Below are positions 35,613 to 48,229 of a stretch of 64,000 nt of DNA, piece by piece. The stretch is taken from NCBI RefSeq assembly GCF_963921235.1, contig NC_086097.1, positions 142,354,001 through 142,418,000 of the forward strand, given 5' to 3'. The notes below the pieces were generated by a model, which was not told where the DNA came from, made no database searches, and saw nothing but the letters and a program-made list of their open reading frames with translations. The DNA is from Mobula hypostoma (lineage: Eukaryota). The translations under genes and the position numbers were made by a program. Each line of letters starts with the position of its first letter. The first letter of the stretch is position 1.

Positions 35613-36489
35613 GCCTTATAACTTCTGACAATTTTTCTGACATCAAGCAGTGAACTTGTAGAACCACCACGGAGATGAGAAAGGGTCTCTCCCTGATGTC
35701 GGGTCTAAGTTCACTCGCTGGCTGAGCTCAAAGAAATAAATGGGTGAAAAGATAAGTAACGATCTTTTTGTGCTGTCGTTATTTGATCCAGTAAAGTTAC
35801 GTTTACATGCAAGAGGGTGAGCCTTCAAAATTTAACAACAGTTTCTGATAATACTCATACCAGTAGTAGTTCGTATAGTCACAAAGTCTCTAGAGTTAGT
35901 TGAAAGTAATTCTGGAGAATAAAACAAAACTATGAGAGGGAGGAAAATTGCTCTCCCACCCTCATCTCTGGTCCATCAGTTACCAAGGCTACTCACTTAC
36001 AATGGGCTACTCAACTCGGTCTCTATCCTCACTGCAGAAAGATAGCTTATAGTTTAAGAATGAACTGCATTTTAACGGAAGACAACACAATTATTAGCAG
36101 ATGGAATATGTTTCTTAAAGTTGATCAACCCTCGGAAATAAATAGGTGTTGTGACTTTTGTAAATTGTTATTGTTCGTGAAAAATCAAATACATTTTTAG
36201 TACTTTGTCCAAAGTGCACCAGTTTATCTTGCAATTTATGTGGAACCTTGATGATATATTTTTTACTAACTATTTATATTCCAACGAGATTCTGGTTTAA
36301 GATGATGCTGGTGAAGCACAGCAATGACTTGCTGGTAGCAAACAAAACTGTTAACTACTTCATGAACCACACTTTTTCTTGTAAACAATCACTGCAATCA
36401 ATAGCCTGTAACTTCCTTTTCAGAGTTGAGCTTTTGAACTGCCTGGACAACCTGGCATTATTGCCGTTGAACTAAAGTCTCAAAGGTAC

Positions 36490-37200
36490 AGGATAGTTGC
36501 AGCTTGGCGGGTACAGGCTGAATTGAGATGGCAAGACATGGGCCCGAGAGTGGGGAATGAGCCAACTTTCTGGCCATTGCTGAAGTAGATCTGGAGGCAA
36601 TTCAATGCAGCAGAAATGAAGCAAGGCAGAATCAAGGCGGCAGTGGCTGGGCCCAAGAGCAAGGAACGACCTGCTGTATGATTGATATAATATCTGGGCT
36701 ATATGGAAAGGTTGGGTATGGGCCAAATTGAGGTGGCGGGTCCTGGGCCCAGGAGCATATCAAAGTGCTAGGGTCTGGGTCTAAGAGTGAGGAACGACCC
36801 GAGGTTTGGCCGGTTTAAGTGCCAGGCCAGATTGAAAAGGTCAGGGTGTCGGGGCCGGAGAAGAGAATGAGCTGTTGTTCAGCTTACTGCTCTGCAAGGT
36901 TTACTCATCTCTGCCCTTAGTTGAAGCTGTGGCTTGCAACTAAAGGACTCCTGGATCAGCTCCAGTGATGACTTGCTTTGTGGCTGTGGACTTACTTTTG
37001 TGAACTTCTTTTCTGAATGTTTTTTGCTTTCTCTTATTGTTTGCATGATTTGTTTGCTTCTCTGCACATTAGGTGTTTGATGGTCTTTTTCAATGGGTTC
37101 TATTATGTTTCTTTGTTTTGTGGCTGCCTATAAGGAGATGACTCTCAAAGTTGTATATAGTATACATACTTAGATAATAAACATACTTTGAACACGAACT
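36490..37200 (+). mobile_element. Non-autonomous retroposon with LINE-like 3' end
   Basis: GC-rich body with internal gggccc(a/g)agag repeats; 3' end ttgtggctgcc..tctcaaagttgtata..aataaa..tactttgaa shared with 14090-14175. Confidence 0.55.
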
Positions 37201-37398
37201 TTGATTATTTTAAGCAATAGAGAAAGACTTGGATGCAGTCAACAGGAATCATTTAGCTGTTGTTGTTGTGGTTTATTTATTGCATATTATGGTCATTACC
37301 AAACATGCCTTCATAAAGACAAACAATGAAAATACATTATAATGTTACAGTTTTATCCTGCATACTCATAGATTGTAATTGGGCTGAGACTGAAGCTT

Positions 37399-37548
37399 CA
37401 CAAACAAGAGAAAATCTGCAGATGCTGGAAGTCCAAGCAAAACACACAAAATTCTGGAAGAACTCAGCAGGCCAGGCAAGTAAACCTTTTACTCTTTTCC
37501 AAAGATGCTGCCTGGCCTGCTGAGTTCCTCCAGCATTTTGTGTGTGTT
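37399..37548 (-). mobile_element. Fold-back Penelope pLTR mini-element
   Basis: Tail plus inverted arms; TSD gctgagactgaagctt (37383-37398) / gctgagattgaagctt (37549-37564). Confidence 0.85.
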
Positions 37549-37856
37549 GCTGAGATTGAAGCTTGCTTCTTCCTAAGTCCAGAGTAGAAAGCAGAGACTT
37601 TTACAGCATCTATCAGCTTCAGCCTCATCTGGTGGTCAAAGGATTTTATTTAGTTAAACATTACAACTCGGTCCCTGGGTCGGTGCCATTATATTCTGCA
37701 GTCATGTACAAAAAGGGGTTAGCTGGGCTAAAACTGCAGTGACCAGCCTGTACCACTAAGATGTATCCCGGACTCTGCCTAGTACTGCCACCCAGTGTTA
37801 GGTATAATGACTGCAACTATTGACCTGAAAAGCAAAAAGAACGAACTAATAGAACA

Positions 37857-38055
37857 CAAACTCGAGGAATTCTGCAGATGCTGGAAATTCAAGCAACACA
37901 CATCAAAGTTGCTGGTGAACGCAGCAGGCCAGGCAGCATCTCTAGGAAGAGGTACATTTGACGTTTCGGGCTGAGACCCTTCCGAAACATCGACTGTACC
38001 TCTTCCTAGAGATGCTGCCTGGCCTGCTGCGTTCACCAGCAACTTTGATGTGTGA
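37857..38055 (-). mobile_element. Fold-back Penelope pLTR mini-element
   Basis: Tail plus ~73-bp inverted arms meeting in hammerhead stem II; perfect TSD aactaatagaaca (37844-37856 and 38056-38068). Confidence 0.92.
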
Positions 38056-39187
38056 AACTAATAGAACAGCTCAGTAGGTTAAGCAGTATCTGTGCAGGCA
38101 ACGGTATAATTGACATTTTTGGCCGAGACCATGAGTTCTTCCATCAATTTATTTTTTACTTCAGATTCTGGCACCTGCAGTCTGTTGTGTTGCAGACCTT
38201 AAGTTGACATTAAAGATTCCACTTCAGTTTAAGGTGATACAGCAATCAGAATCAGAATCAAAACACATCTGAATACCTTTTCTGAAACATTCAATATAGT
38301 AGTCTAGTGTCAATTTATTAGACAAGGCTTGTTTGGGTGTCAGATGTGACTTAACTGACAGAACTTTATTCTGAGTCAGAAATGTGTGTTCAAATGCCAT
38401 TACTGGGAGTTGACAAAATCTAAGTTGAGATTTCAATGCAAATTGAGGGAGTTTTGTATGGAACATTAAAAGCCGACTCTGTCTTAAGAGACTTTGAGTA
38501 TCATACGGCTCAATCTGAAGAAGGGCAGATGAGTTCTGATTGTGGAAAAGTGAACTATAATGCTGGAAATCCTCAACAGGTCAGGCAATATATGCGAACA
38601 GAGAAACAGGATTAAAGTTTTAAGTTGCTGACTATCCATCATTACTGGTTCTAATATACTTATGTTCAGCATTTTCTATTTTATTCAGATTTCCAGCATC
38701 TGAGTACTGTTTTTTAATTACTGTTCTGATAACTCAGGCAAAAATTAGATATCTGCCATCCAGCATCACTAAAAACAATTACCTCTTCTTTGCAAATGTG
38801 CTGTTTTATAGCTTATACTGTATTAATACAGTGATTCCATCTCTGTAAGTACAATATAGGCTATGAAAAGCAAGATAGGTTAACTAAATTTAAGGTAATT
38901 TTGTTTTAGGATTTGAAGTAACAACCTTACGATTTGATAACGAATGCAAATAATTTTAACAATGGGAGATCAAAGTGAAATCTTATTCATGCCACCCCAA
39001 CAATATATTCTCATACACCCACAACACAGTACCTTCTAAAAATAGCATAACCAAGTGTCATGAATAGAAATTAGAATGCACCATTTTGTCAGGCTCCCTA
39101 TTAACTTGATGACGCTGATTTCTATGATGCACCAGCCTAAACTGCTAACGTAGTGGAGAGCACATCATTTTTTCCTCTTCTGTATAG

Positions 39188-39350
39188 GTGGAAACATGCG
39201 GTATTTTTTCTCACTGTTGCATCACAGAAGCTTATTTCTCATTTATACGTGTTTGTGGTTTGCTGCAGTATTGTTCATGCCTCAAGCTTGTGGTGCAGAA
39301 ACAAATGAAAGGTCCTTCTTTAATAGGGCAACCTTTCTATTTGTGACTGG
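39188..39350 (+). CDS. Candidate exon encoding a signal peptide (MRYFFSLLHHRSLFLIYTCLWFAAVLFMPQACGA-ETNE)
   Basis: Branch-like ctaac plus strong acceptor tttttcctcttctgtatag; aacATG at 39196; hydrophobic core and small-residue cleavage site; donors after 39311 (gtcctt) or 39350 (gtatat). Confidence 0.55.
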
Positions 39351-39943
39351 GTATATTTACATTAAAATTGTCAAATAATAATAAATATTCAAAATTTTAT
39401 TTTATTATTATTATGGTAGAATACCCAGTTATAAGATACTGTATAGATTCCTAGTGATAGCAGATTAAACTCAGCTAAAACACAATCCTCTGTCGCATTT
39501 TAACATTAGCCATTGTTTGCAATGTGAAAACATGTCAGTCGCATATTGTGCTCAGACTAAAAATATCCTCATCAAGATGACTAAATCTAAAAGAAAGTGA
39601 CTACTGGGAATAAACAAGTTCACTCTTTGCTGACTGGAGAATTTGCAGTGCCCTCTTGAAATTTTCCTGGTGGTTTTCTATAAAATATACAAAATATTTT
39701 AATGAAAATAGGAAAAACTGTAGATGCTGGAAATATGAAATAAAACAGAAAATGCTGGACACACAGCAACTATAAAATAAAAAAAAAGAAACAGAGCTAA
39801 TGTTTCAAACCAGAAGCTCATTGTTAAGATCTGGGAAGCAGAAGTTAATTGTAATTTGTACAGGGGTTGTGTGGTAGGGTAGGGTAAGGCAAAGCAAATA
39901 CATTTGTAGGGTGAGATCTATCAATGTAGCAAATATCTTGGTA

Positions 39944-40065
39944 GGACCCTTGTTAATCTATCAATCAGATGGCTTCATCAACAGCTTATAACCATAGCAA
40001 GACCATCCTTGATGTGATGATAAGCTGTTGATGAAATCATCTGTTTGATCGATCAATGAGGGGCC
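39944..40065. repeat. Isolated ~120-bp imperfect palindrome (MITE-like or structured RNA)
   Basis: ~48-bp arms including the perfect pair ttcatcaacagcttat / ataagctgttgatgaa. Confidence 0.8.
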
Positions 40066-41114
40066 AGAGAATTAATTCATCTGTCCTTTAAAATGGGCCA
40101 CTGAATATTTATAGCTATAGAAGTGTCTCTGTTGAATAATCTCTGACTTGAAACATTGAAAATATTTTTTATTTCCTCTAGGTTTTTCTTTGCCTCCCCT
40201 CTATGTGTTTTTTTTTGGTAGTGTATGTTTCCACAGACTGCAATAGCACTCCATTGTCTCATCTAAAATGCCATCTGGAAGTCTGAATAAGTTCAACACA
40301 CACACAATGCTGGAGGAACTCAGCAGGTTGGACAGTATCTATGGAAGAAAGTGTTTCAGAATGAGACCCTTCATAGGTTTAGTGTAGGCTGGTCAAAATT
40401 TCCAGCATCTGAGAATCTATTACGTTCCTGAACAAGTCCATATGAGGTTATCATCAATGAACTGGGACTATTCCCCACAACTTCTTTACACACAGTGTCA
40501 GAATCAGAATCAGGTTTATTATCACCAGCATGTGTCGTGAAATTTGTTAACTTAGTAGCAGCAGTTCAATGCAATATATCACATAGAAGAAAAAAAAAGA
40601 AACATTTTCAATGTTTCAAGTCGGAGATCATTCAACAGAGACACTTCTATAACTATAAATATTCAGTGGCCCAATTTAAAGGACAGTGTTCCAACAAAGT
40701 CACCAGATAGGAATCAAAAACAGGATATCTGACAGAGTTTTTCCATTCTCACCTTATTGATGCAATGCTCAGCTGAAGAACTACCCGATGCCCTTGTGAA
40801 CAATATCCAGTTTGACTTTAAAAGCAATAATAGAGTTATTGATCAAAAATAATAATAAGCCTATTAATTAGATCACGGCGCGCACACACAAAGGTGACCC
40901 AGTGGTAGAGTCAGGAACAATGTCTAAATTAACCTGCTTTATCCACCCACGCTTGACTTGCTACATAACATGCTGCAATTTATTGAATACTTTATGGAGG
41001 GGGAAAAAAGAACAGTATTTGCAAAAAAAGTATTCCTATTTACATTTTAATGAACTAGTAGTATTTAACTCACCAGAATAGCTGCCAGACCCCTGGATCA
41101 TATTTCTCTATTTC

Positions 41115-41340
41115 CTAAAAGCATAGAAGGATGGCACTCAGTCCATCTAATCTATGGCAGCTCACAGAGCAATCCTATTCCACCATTAATTTTCTTTATT
41201 ATTTATTCTACTCACAATCCTTCTGGATGCCTACACTAAGATCCACATTTATGGCTATTTAACCTTCCAACCTGCACATCTTTAGGATGTGGGAGGAAAC
41301 CGGAGTACATAGAAGAAATCCACACAGTAACAGGAAGCAG
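41115..41340 (-). mobile_element. V-SINE (HE1-like) fragment
   Basis: cacatctttaggatgtgggaggaaaccggagtac..aaatccacacagtaacagg is the reverse complement of a V-domain-like sequence. Confidence 0.7.
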
Positions 41341-42899
41341 GTTAATTGATACTCTCTCATTAGCTTCACTGCTTTCTACCCCTAACTGGATAGCTCCATT
41401 TTATGGGTATTTGAAATGGAAAATTTGAGTTGTGTTGGGAAAACAGGTACAAGAACTCATTTCATCTTGCAAATCAGAAGAAATTTGAAGATGAGGGGGA
41501 AGTAGAAAAGGAAAATGAAGATCATGTAGCCTCATGATCGCTCTCTCCAACACAACCATGGGCTATGGTTTCAGCAATACCACTTTTCACTATGGCCCAC
41601 ACTTCCTCTTACTACCTTCTTTAGAATAACAACATTCCTGCTCCCACTTTGCCACCCTGATGTTACCCTTGCTATCGCCTCCTATATTGCATTGCGTAAT
41701 CTTTCAAGAAGGGTCATCAAAATTTCTCAGTGTGTATCTCATGGGATTTTTGAGTAACATAGCTATTATTATTGAAGATTGGTGCATAAGCTGGGAGTTA
41801 CATCTGTAGGGCTTGCGCAATCCTACATGTAATGCATGTAATTTATATTGAAGGGCTGAGTTCTAATTATTGAAACTGTTAGTAAGGCGTTGATGTGAGT
41901 ATAGTGAACTGAGCAGTGAAATGAGACCAGAGATGCATTTAGTAGAAGTAGATGCACCTGACAATAGAACTTGCTCCCCTGATGTGTGTTGTATTTTTGT
42001 TTTTCTCCACTGCAATACTGTACTAGCCTCTGCCATTATATCTTACAACTGTGTGAAAACATGTCTTAAAAGTTTAGTCATAGAGCAATACATTATTGAC
42101 ACAGACCATGTTGTGTACCTAGCCTGTTGAATTTTGATATTTTGATCCAAGGTTCTTTTAGAAGTCAGGAAAAAGGCACAAATCTTGTTGCTTCACAATT
42201 TATTAAGTGTTGATAGAACAAAGTTTAATTGAAATGGACAGTGATAGAGGTCTGCTAAGCAAAGAAGGAAACAAAAAAACTAAGATGGCACCCTGCTATT
42301 TTCATACCCAAAGATGAGGAAAATTCCATTAAATTCATAGATAGGAGTCAAACAATGAGAAATAATTCAAATAATGCAGTACCAAGAGAAGCTTCCAGAA
42401 TTATACCCATAGCGAACACATTGAGCTTTCTTATAGATATTGTGACCACCAGGAGACATAGTAAGCAGTTATAGTATTTGTATATAAGTAATGATATAAA
42501 ATACAAGCAGAAATTAACTCTTAAGCATCAAAGAAAATAAAACAATTAAATAATCTAATCTAAGAATTAAACAGCCGAATCCAACAATTCCCCCCCCCCC
42601 CGAATCGAAATCACCTTTAGAATCATTACGTCTGAAATTTAGAGGCAGAAAAACTTGTGGTATCTATGTTAAGTATAAAATAACGAAAAATTGCTTATGT
42701 TATGAAATATCAAAGGGTATATTGTATATTCTTAAAAGTATTCATAGGTTAGCAGATGAGTAGGCACACTTCCACACATTTGAGCACCTTTAAGCAAGTA
42801 AAAAAGATGCAAATTATAATAAAGCATATTATTATAATAATATTCATTATAAATAGAGAAAATTGACAAAAATGTAATAATATTATAATAAACTTCATA

Positions 42900-43985
42900 A
42901 CATCCAATAATTGTCGACTCTGCTTAAAGTCCTCTCACCAGTTAGTGACTTGCTCATGGTAGTCCAGCAGTGTAGGCACTGGGTCAGAGGTCACTGGCAC
43001 ATTAACCACAGCACTTGTTGTCCTAGCAGGGTATCACTGCCGCTCGCTTGCAGTGGCTGGCTTGTATCCACTTACTGTACATTTACCTTCTACTTTCCAT
43101 TCATTCGTTCAACTTGTCTTGATGACTCTAGGTGATGTGGACAATGAAAAACCTATGTAATGTTCATCAGTCAACATAATTCCTGAGAAACACTCCCAGC
43201 GAAATGTGTTCCTTGGTCAGAGTCGATGTGACATTGCAATCTCCATGTAGGAATATAGTCTTTGATCAGAGTTTTTGCTGTGTGTGTGTGGCAGTGACTT
43301 TCCTTGGTGGAATAGCTTCCACCCATCTTGAAAACATGCATAATTGCCAGTACATCTTAGTATCCTTGACACTTTAGCAAAGTAATGTAGTCCACTTGTA
43401 AGTGTAAAAATGGACTAGCTGAAGTAGTAGCACGTAATTGTGATAGATTTTCTGCTGCTCCAGGATTCGTTTCCCGGCATGTCATGTATCTTTCAAACGT
43501 TTGTCGAGCTTATGCCTTAAACTTTGAATTCCACCACCATTGGGAGAATCTGTCAATCATCTTTTGCACTCCAATATGTCCTATGGAGTGAATCTGCAAT
43601 GCCAGATAATTTTGTATATTCATCTGTGGTACAGAGTTCAACTTCATTTCCATAATTCTGGTCATCAGGTTCACTTCTTGGTACCACCTTTACGTCTTTT
43701 ATTTCTTTCATTTCTTCCGGTGCTGCCCTTTGAGTAATGGCATTGATGAATACATTTCCATGGTTTTCCATTGTAATTATTTTGGAGTGGTTTCTACATT
43801 CAATACCCTAGTTGTATGAATCCATACTTGATGGAGCGTCTCCAACCATAAGAAACCTTCTTTGTCTCAGTAAGTTTCCAAAGTCATGAATGACTCCAAA
43901 AGCATATCAAGAATCAGTATAGATATTAGCTGCTCTTTCTTCAGCCAACTTACAGGCTTTAATCAAAGCTTTTAGTTCTGACTGT
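42900..43985 (-). mobile_element. Endogenous retrovirus pol remnant (RNase H + integrase), class I/epsilon-like
   Basis: ELKALIKACKLA..NIYTDS*YAFGVIHDFG; PFLHLQVDYIT, FSRWVEAIP, IDSDQGTHF, HCPHHLESSRQVERMNG. Confidence 0.88.
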
Positions 43986-44380
43986 TGCTACCCTTTTTAA
44001 ACAATGGAATGATGTTAGCCACCTCTCTGTGGCTAACAATGAAGCAAATATCTCTGCAATTTCTTCTCTAGTCTCCTATAAACTCCAAGGATGTACTCAG
44101 TCTGGCCTGTAAGGCTGCAAATACCTCCACCCCGGTAATATGAATGCCCTTCAAAACTTCTCCATTTATTTTCCTAATCTCTTCAGCAGCAATGATTTTT
44201 CCTTTGGTAAGCACCAAGAACTATTTGTTAAAAATCCCACCTACCTCCTGCAGCTGAAGGTATGGATGGCACTGCTGATCTCTACGGCAACCTACTCTCT
44301 CCCTGGCCACCCTTATATTCCTAATATAGCTATAGAACCTCTTGGGATTTTCTTTAACCTTACCTGTCTTCTTGCCTTCT
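43985..44380 (-). mobile_element. CR1 fragment interrupting the ERV
   Basis: KVKENPKRFYSYIRNIRVARERVG. Confidence 0.75.
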
Positions 44381-47300
44381 GAGAGAACAGACCATTTCTC
44401 TTCTACATGCTCTACACCAAAGCCCATAAAGAAAACCTTGGCGCACACTCTCTTTTAGGCTGACCCACTTCAAAACAATATCATGTCTATCAACTTCTGG
44501 TAGCAACCTTACACTGCTACTTTAGAGATGACAACTTCTTTCAGTGTATGTTTCAGGCCTTTGTTTATAGTTAATAAATCAGGTAGCATTGACTACTTCT
44601 GACATGAAAGTAAGCAGCAAGCAGTAATTTAATCTGTTGCACTGGTAACTACCAAGCATGGAATAATTATTTTCAGCTTTTATCCGGCATAATCACTATT
44701 ATCTCCATGGCAAAAATTCAATCTACCTGTCACCTATATTATTATCCCTCCTTGTTTCATATAGAAAGTTCTTCTCCTTGGCATAGTAAAGAAAACATAA
44801 TCATTTTTTATTGTAAGAATGTAAGTATAACAGAATTGTTGATGCACCCAGGGGTCAAGTTTTAATTTGTTTTGGTACTTTCCAAAATGTAATGTCAAAA
44901 GTTTCATTCAATTAATTTAAGAGGTTCTTGTAAGTCAGCTGGGTGTCTGGGGTGTAAGGAAGAGATAAATATCCTTACTAGTCTCCAGGCTACAATGCTG
45001 CTTCAGGTCACACATGACTTAAATAAGTAAAGATAGATCTAAAGCACTGCAGGGGTTTAACTTATTAAACCAAAGCACTGGCTAGATTCTCAACTTCACT
45101 CAACCATTAAGAACGTCAGCTTGTCTCAGTGAGCTCTCTTGCCTTTAAATTAGAAAGCTCAAAAGGTCAGTTTAAAATTGTACTATTCAATTCAGTTTGA
45201 CAAAGGTGAAGTACTGAGGGAAGGTTGCTGTATTAGATAAAGATATTAAACAAGAGCCTAACCTGCCTGTTGTGTTTTGTAATGCCAAAACATAAAACTA
45301 ATTGAAAGAAAAACATGGAGTCAGGATAACCCGTCTACATTTTGTTTTTACTTCAGTAAGGCGCATACTTATGATGTGGTGACGTAATGATTAATGCCAT
45401 TCACATACTTTTACATAGAACCAGTACTGAATTATTTAAATAAAAAATCAAACCATATATTTATAATAGTATTCAAATATTACTGAAATATTAAATACAC
45501 AACACTCTACCCTGCTTAGCTATAAGCTCCAACTCAATATAGAATGTACCTCAACCTATGTACATATTGAGTTGAGGCCTCCATTGGTCAGTGTTGACCA
45601 TGGATGTTGCATCCTGGCTGTCTAGATACGCAGCCTGGGCAGTACAATATGGTGAGCAAGCTGTTAACTGTGGAGCCAGCTCCCCCTCTCCACACTGATG
45701 AACCCAAAGGAATGCAGAGACCAATTCTGGATGTGTTAGCAAACCGAACAGTGGAATGCAAGCTGCTCGTTCTGCTGACCTATCCCAAGTCACCAGACAA
45801 AGCTTTGAGCCAACAATTTTATTTTGACCACGTCAACCCCCATCAAAGCCAAGTTCATCCTGGTGCTTGTAGAACTTGGGGAGCTAGGATTACTACTGCA
45901 CATTCCTGTCATCTTGGGTAGCCATGTAGAACTGAGACAGTGCAGGGCATTTTCTGGTTTCCCTTTAGACCATCTCTGCCATAATAGGGAGACTTTTGAT
46001 TTGTATTAGGGAGAATACAATAAGGGAAAAGTCCTCTTGTAAATTTTTCAGGTATTTCCTTTTCCAAGGGTAAATGAAACAATCAATCAGCGTTTTCATG
46101 ATTAGTCACCCTCTTGAGTTCAATCTTGTAGTTGCATACTCCAAGAAACAGAGCCCATCTCTGCATTCGTGCTGCTGCTGTTAATGGGACACCCCTCTGT
46201 GAATTGAAAATAGACACTAGTGTTTGATGATCAGTAATGAGGGTAAACTCTCTCCCATACAAGTACTGGTTGAAATATTTTGCACCCCAAATCAGACTCA
46301 AGGTCTCTCTGTCCATCTGTGCATAATTTTTCTCTGCAGCAGTAAGTGAATGTGATGCAAAAGCTCTGGGGCATTCACTTCCATCACTCATAACATGCGA
46401 CATGACTGCATCTATAATCATAAGGAGAGGTATCACAGACAAGCTTTAATGGATGATGTGGATCATAACGTGTGAGTGCAGTGTCTGACGTCACTATTTC
46501 CTATGTCTTTTGGAAAGCTACCTCACACTGCTTTGTCTATTGCCATTTCTTCCCACTCTGTAGTAATGAGTTCAATAGGTGGAGCACAGTAGACAGGTTT
46601 GGTAGGAACCTGTTATAGTAATTGACAAATCCCAATTGACTTCAGCTGTGACACATCCTTTGGCTTTGGGGCACCCACCACTGCTTGAATTTTCTCAGCA
46701 CACTTATGTAAATCTTGTGCATCAATGGTGTGACCACAATAAGTGATGCTTGGTTTAAATAATTCACACATGTTGCATCGTACTCTGAGCTCATAATCAT
46801 CTAATCATTTTTAACACTGTTTTGAGATTTAGGAGATGTTTCTTGTCATCCTTACGAGTAGCAATAACGTCATCTAGGTAACACTGAGTGCTTGTCCAGC
46901 CTTGCAGCACCTGGTCCATAGCTTTCTGCCAGAGTGCAGGTGCAGATGCTATTCCAAAAACAAGCCTTTTATAGCTTGGACTATTTATGGTGAGAAACAC
47001 TTTAGATTCTTCTTCCATTTCCATCATAGGTAGGCATCAGCTAAGTCCACCTTGCTGAAATGTTTCTCTCCAGAAAGGTTTGCATGAATATCCTCTATTC
47101 TGGGCAGAGGGTATCTGCTTTCTACTGAGTTGATGGTGATATTAAAATCACCACAGATCCTGGCAGACCCATTCTTCTCAGCTACTGAGGCCACTGGTGT
47201 TGCCCATGGGCTCCACTCAACCTTGGAAAGAATGCCTTCAGCCTCCATGTGATCTAGCTCACTGGCTACTTTATCACAGATGGTAAAAGGAACCAGATAG

Positions 47301-48229
47301 GTTTTGTGACACTTAGGTGTGGCATTTTAATTTAACACTATTTTGCCCTTGATACATTTGAGTTTTCCAATGCCATCCTTGAATACTGCTGAGGCCTCAT
47401 CCAGTACCTTTCTTAATTTGATTTCAATCAATTCTGTTGCAGAGGATATGGCATGTAAATGGTGGATAGATTTCCAATCACGTTGTCGTTGCCAGCCACT
47501 GTTGGCCCTCATGTTTTTACCACGTACAAGCTCAATGTAGCTTGTTGGTTGTTATATTTCACTATTACAAATGTCATTCCTACAGGAATTATATTTTCTA
47601 CTGTATAAGTTCTTAGTTGAATATCTGCAGGGTTCAGTTCAGTATCTTTGAAATGCAGTTTAAAATCATTTTGTGGAATGACTGAAACAGCCAAGCCAGT
47701 GTCCAATTCCATTTTAATTAATTTGCCATTCACTTCTGGTGTAAGCTATATTGCGTGTCTCCTGTTACTTTTTACAATGTAGATCTCAAGGCTATGCAGT
47801 CCCATGTCACTCTTATCATTATCAGATTTTTCATCAATAGCATACAGATTAGTGCTCTTTTTGAAACAGCAGATTCAGAGGTTCATTTTATTATCAAAGT
47901 ATGTATACAGAGTTGTGTTCTGCAGATAGCCAGGAAACAGTAAAATCATGGAAGTCATTAAAAGACATCACCTCCCTCTCCACAAAAAAGATGAAGAAAC
48001 AAAAACTCACAAAACCAAACACCCAACCCCTTTCCTTGCACAAAAACTGACATATCGCCCACACAGGAGAAAAGGCAACAGTAACATCAAACTTCATCTT
48101 TTCCCTGTGCAGTCCATTTATTCTTGTGTGCCTAATATGCTTTTTGTATGTATCCTACTTTGTTGCATTTTTCTGCATGTTTCGCTTTTAAACCTGCATT
48201 GGTCTGGTGAATTTGAGCACCTGCGACAA

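Noticed and set aside
39975..40035. miR-21-like identity of the hairpin (agcttat)
   Set aside because: Only a seed-length match; the rest does not fit the mature sequence.
38246..40515. (TCAGAA)n runs at ~38246 and ~40497 as telomere-like repeats
   Set aside because: They are reverse-complement (ttctga)n LINE tails like the one at 59155-59170, not TTAGGG.
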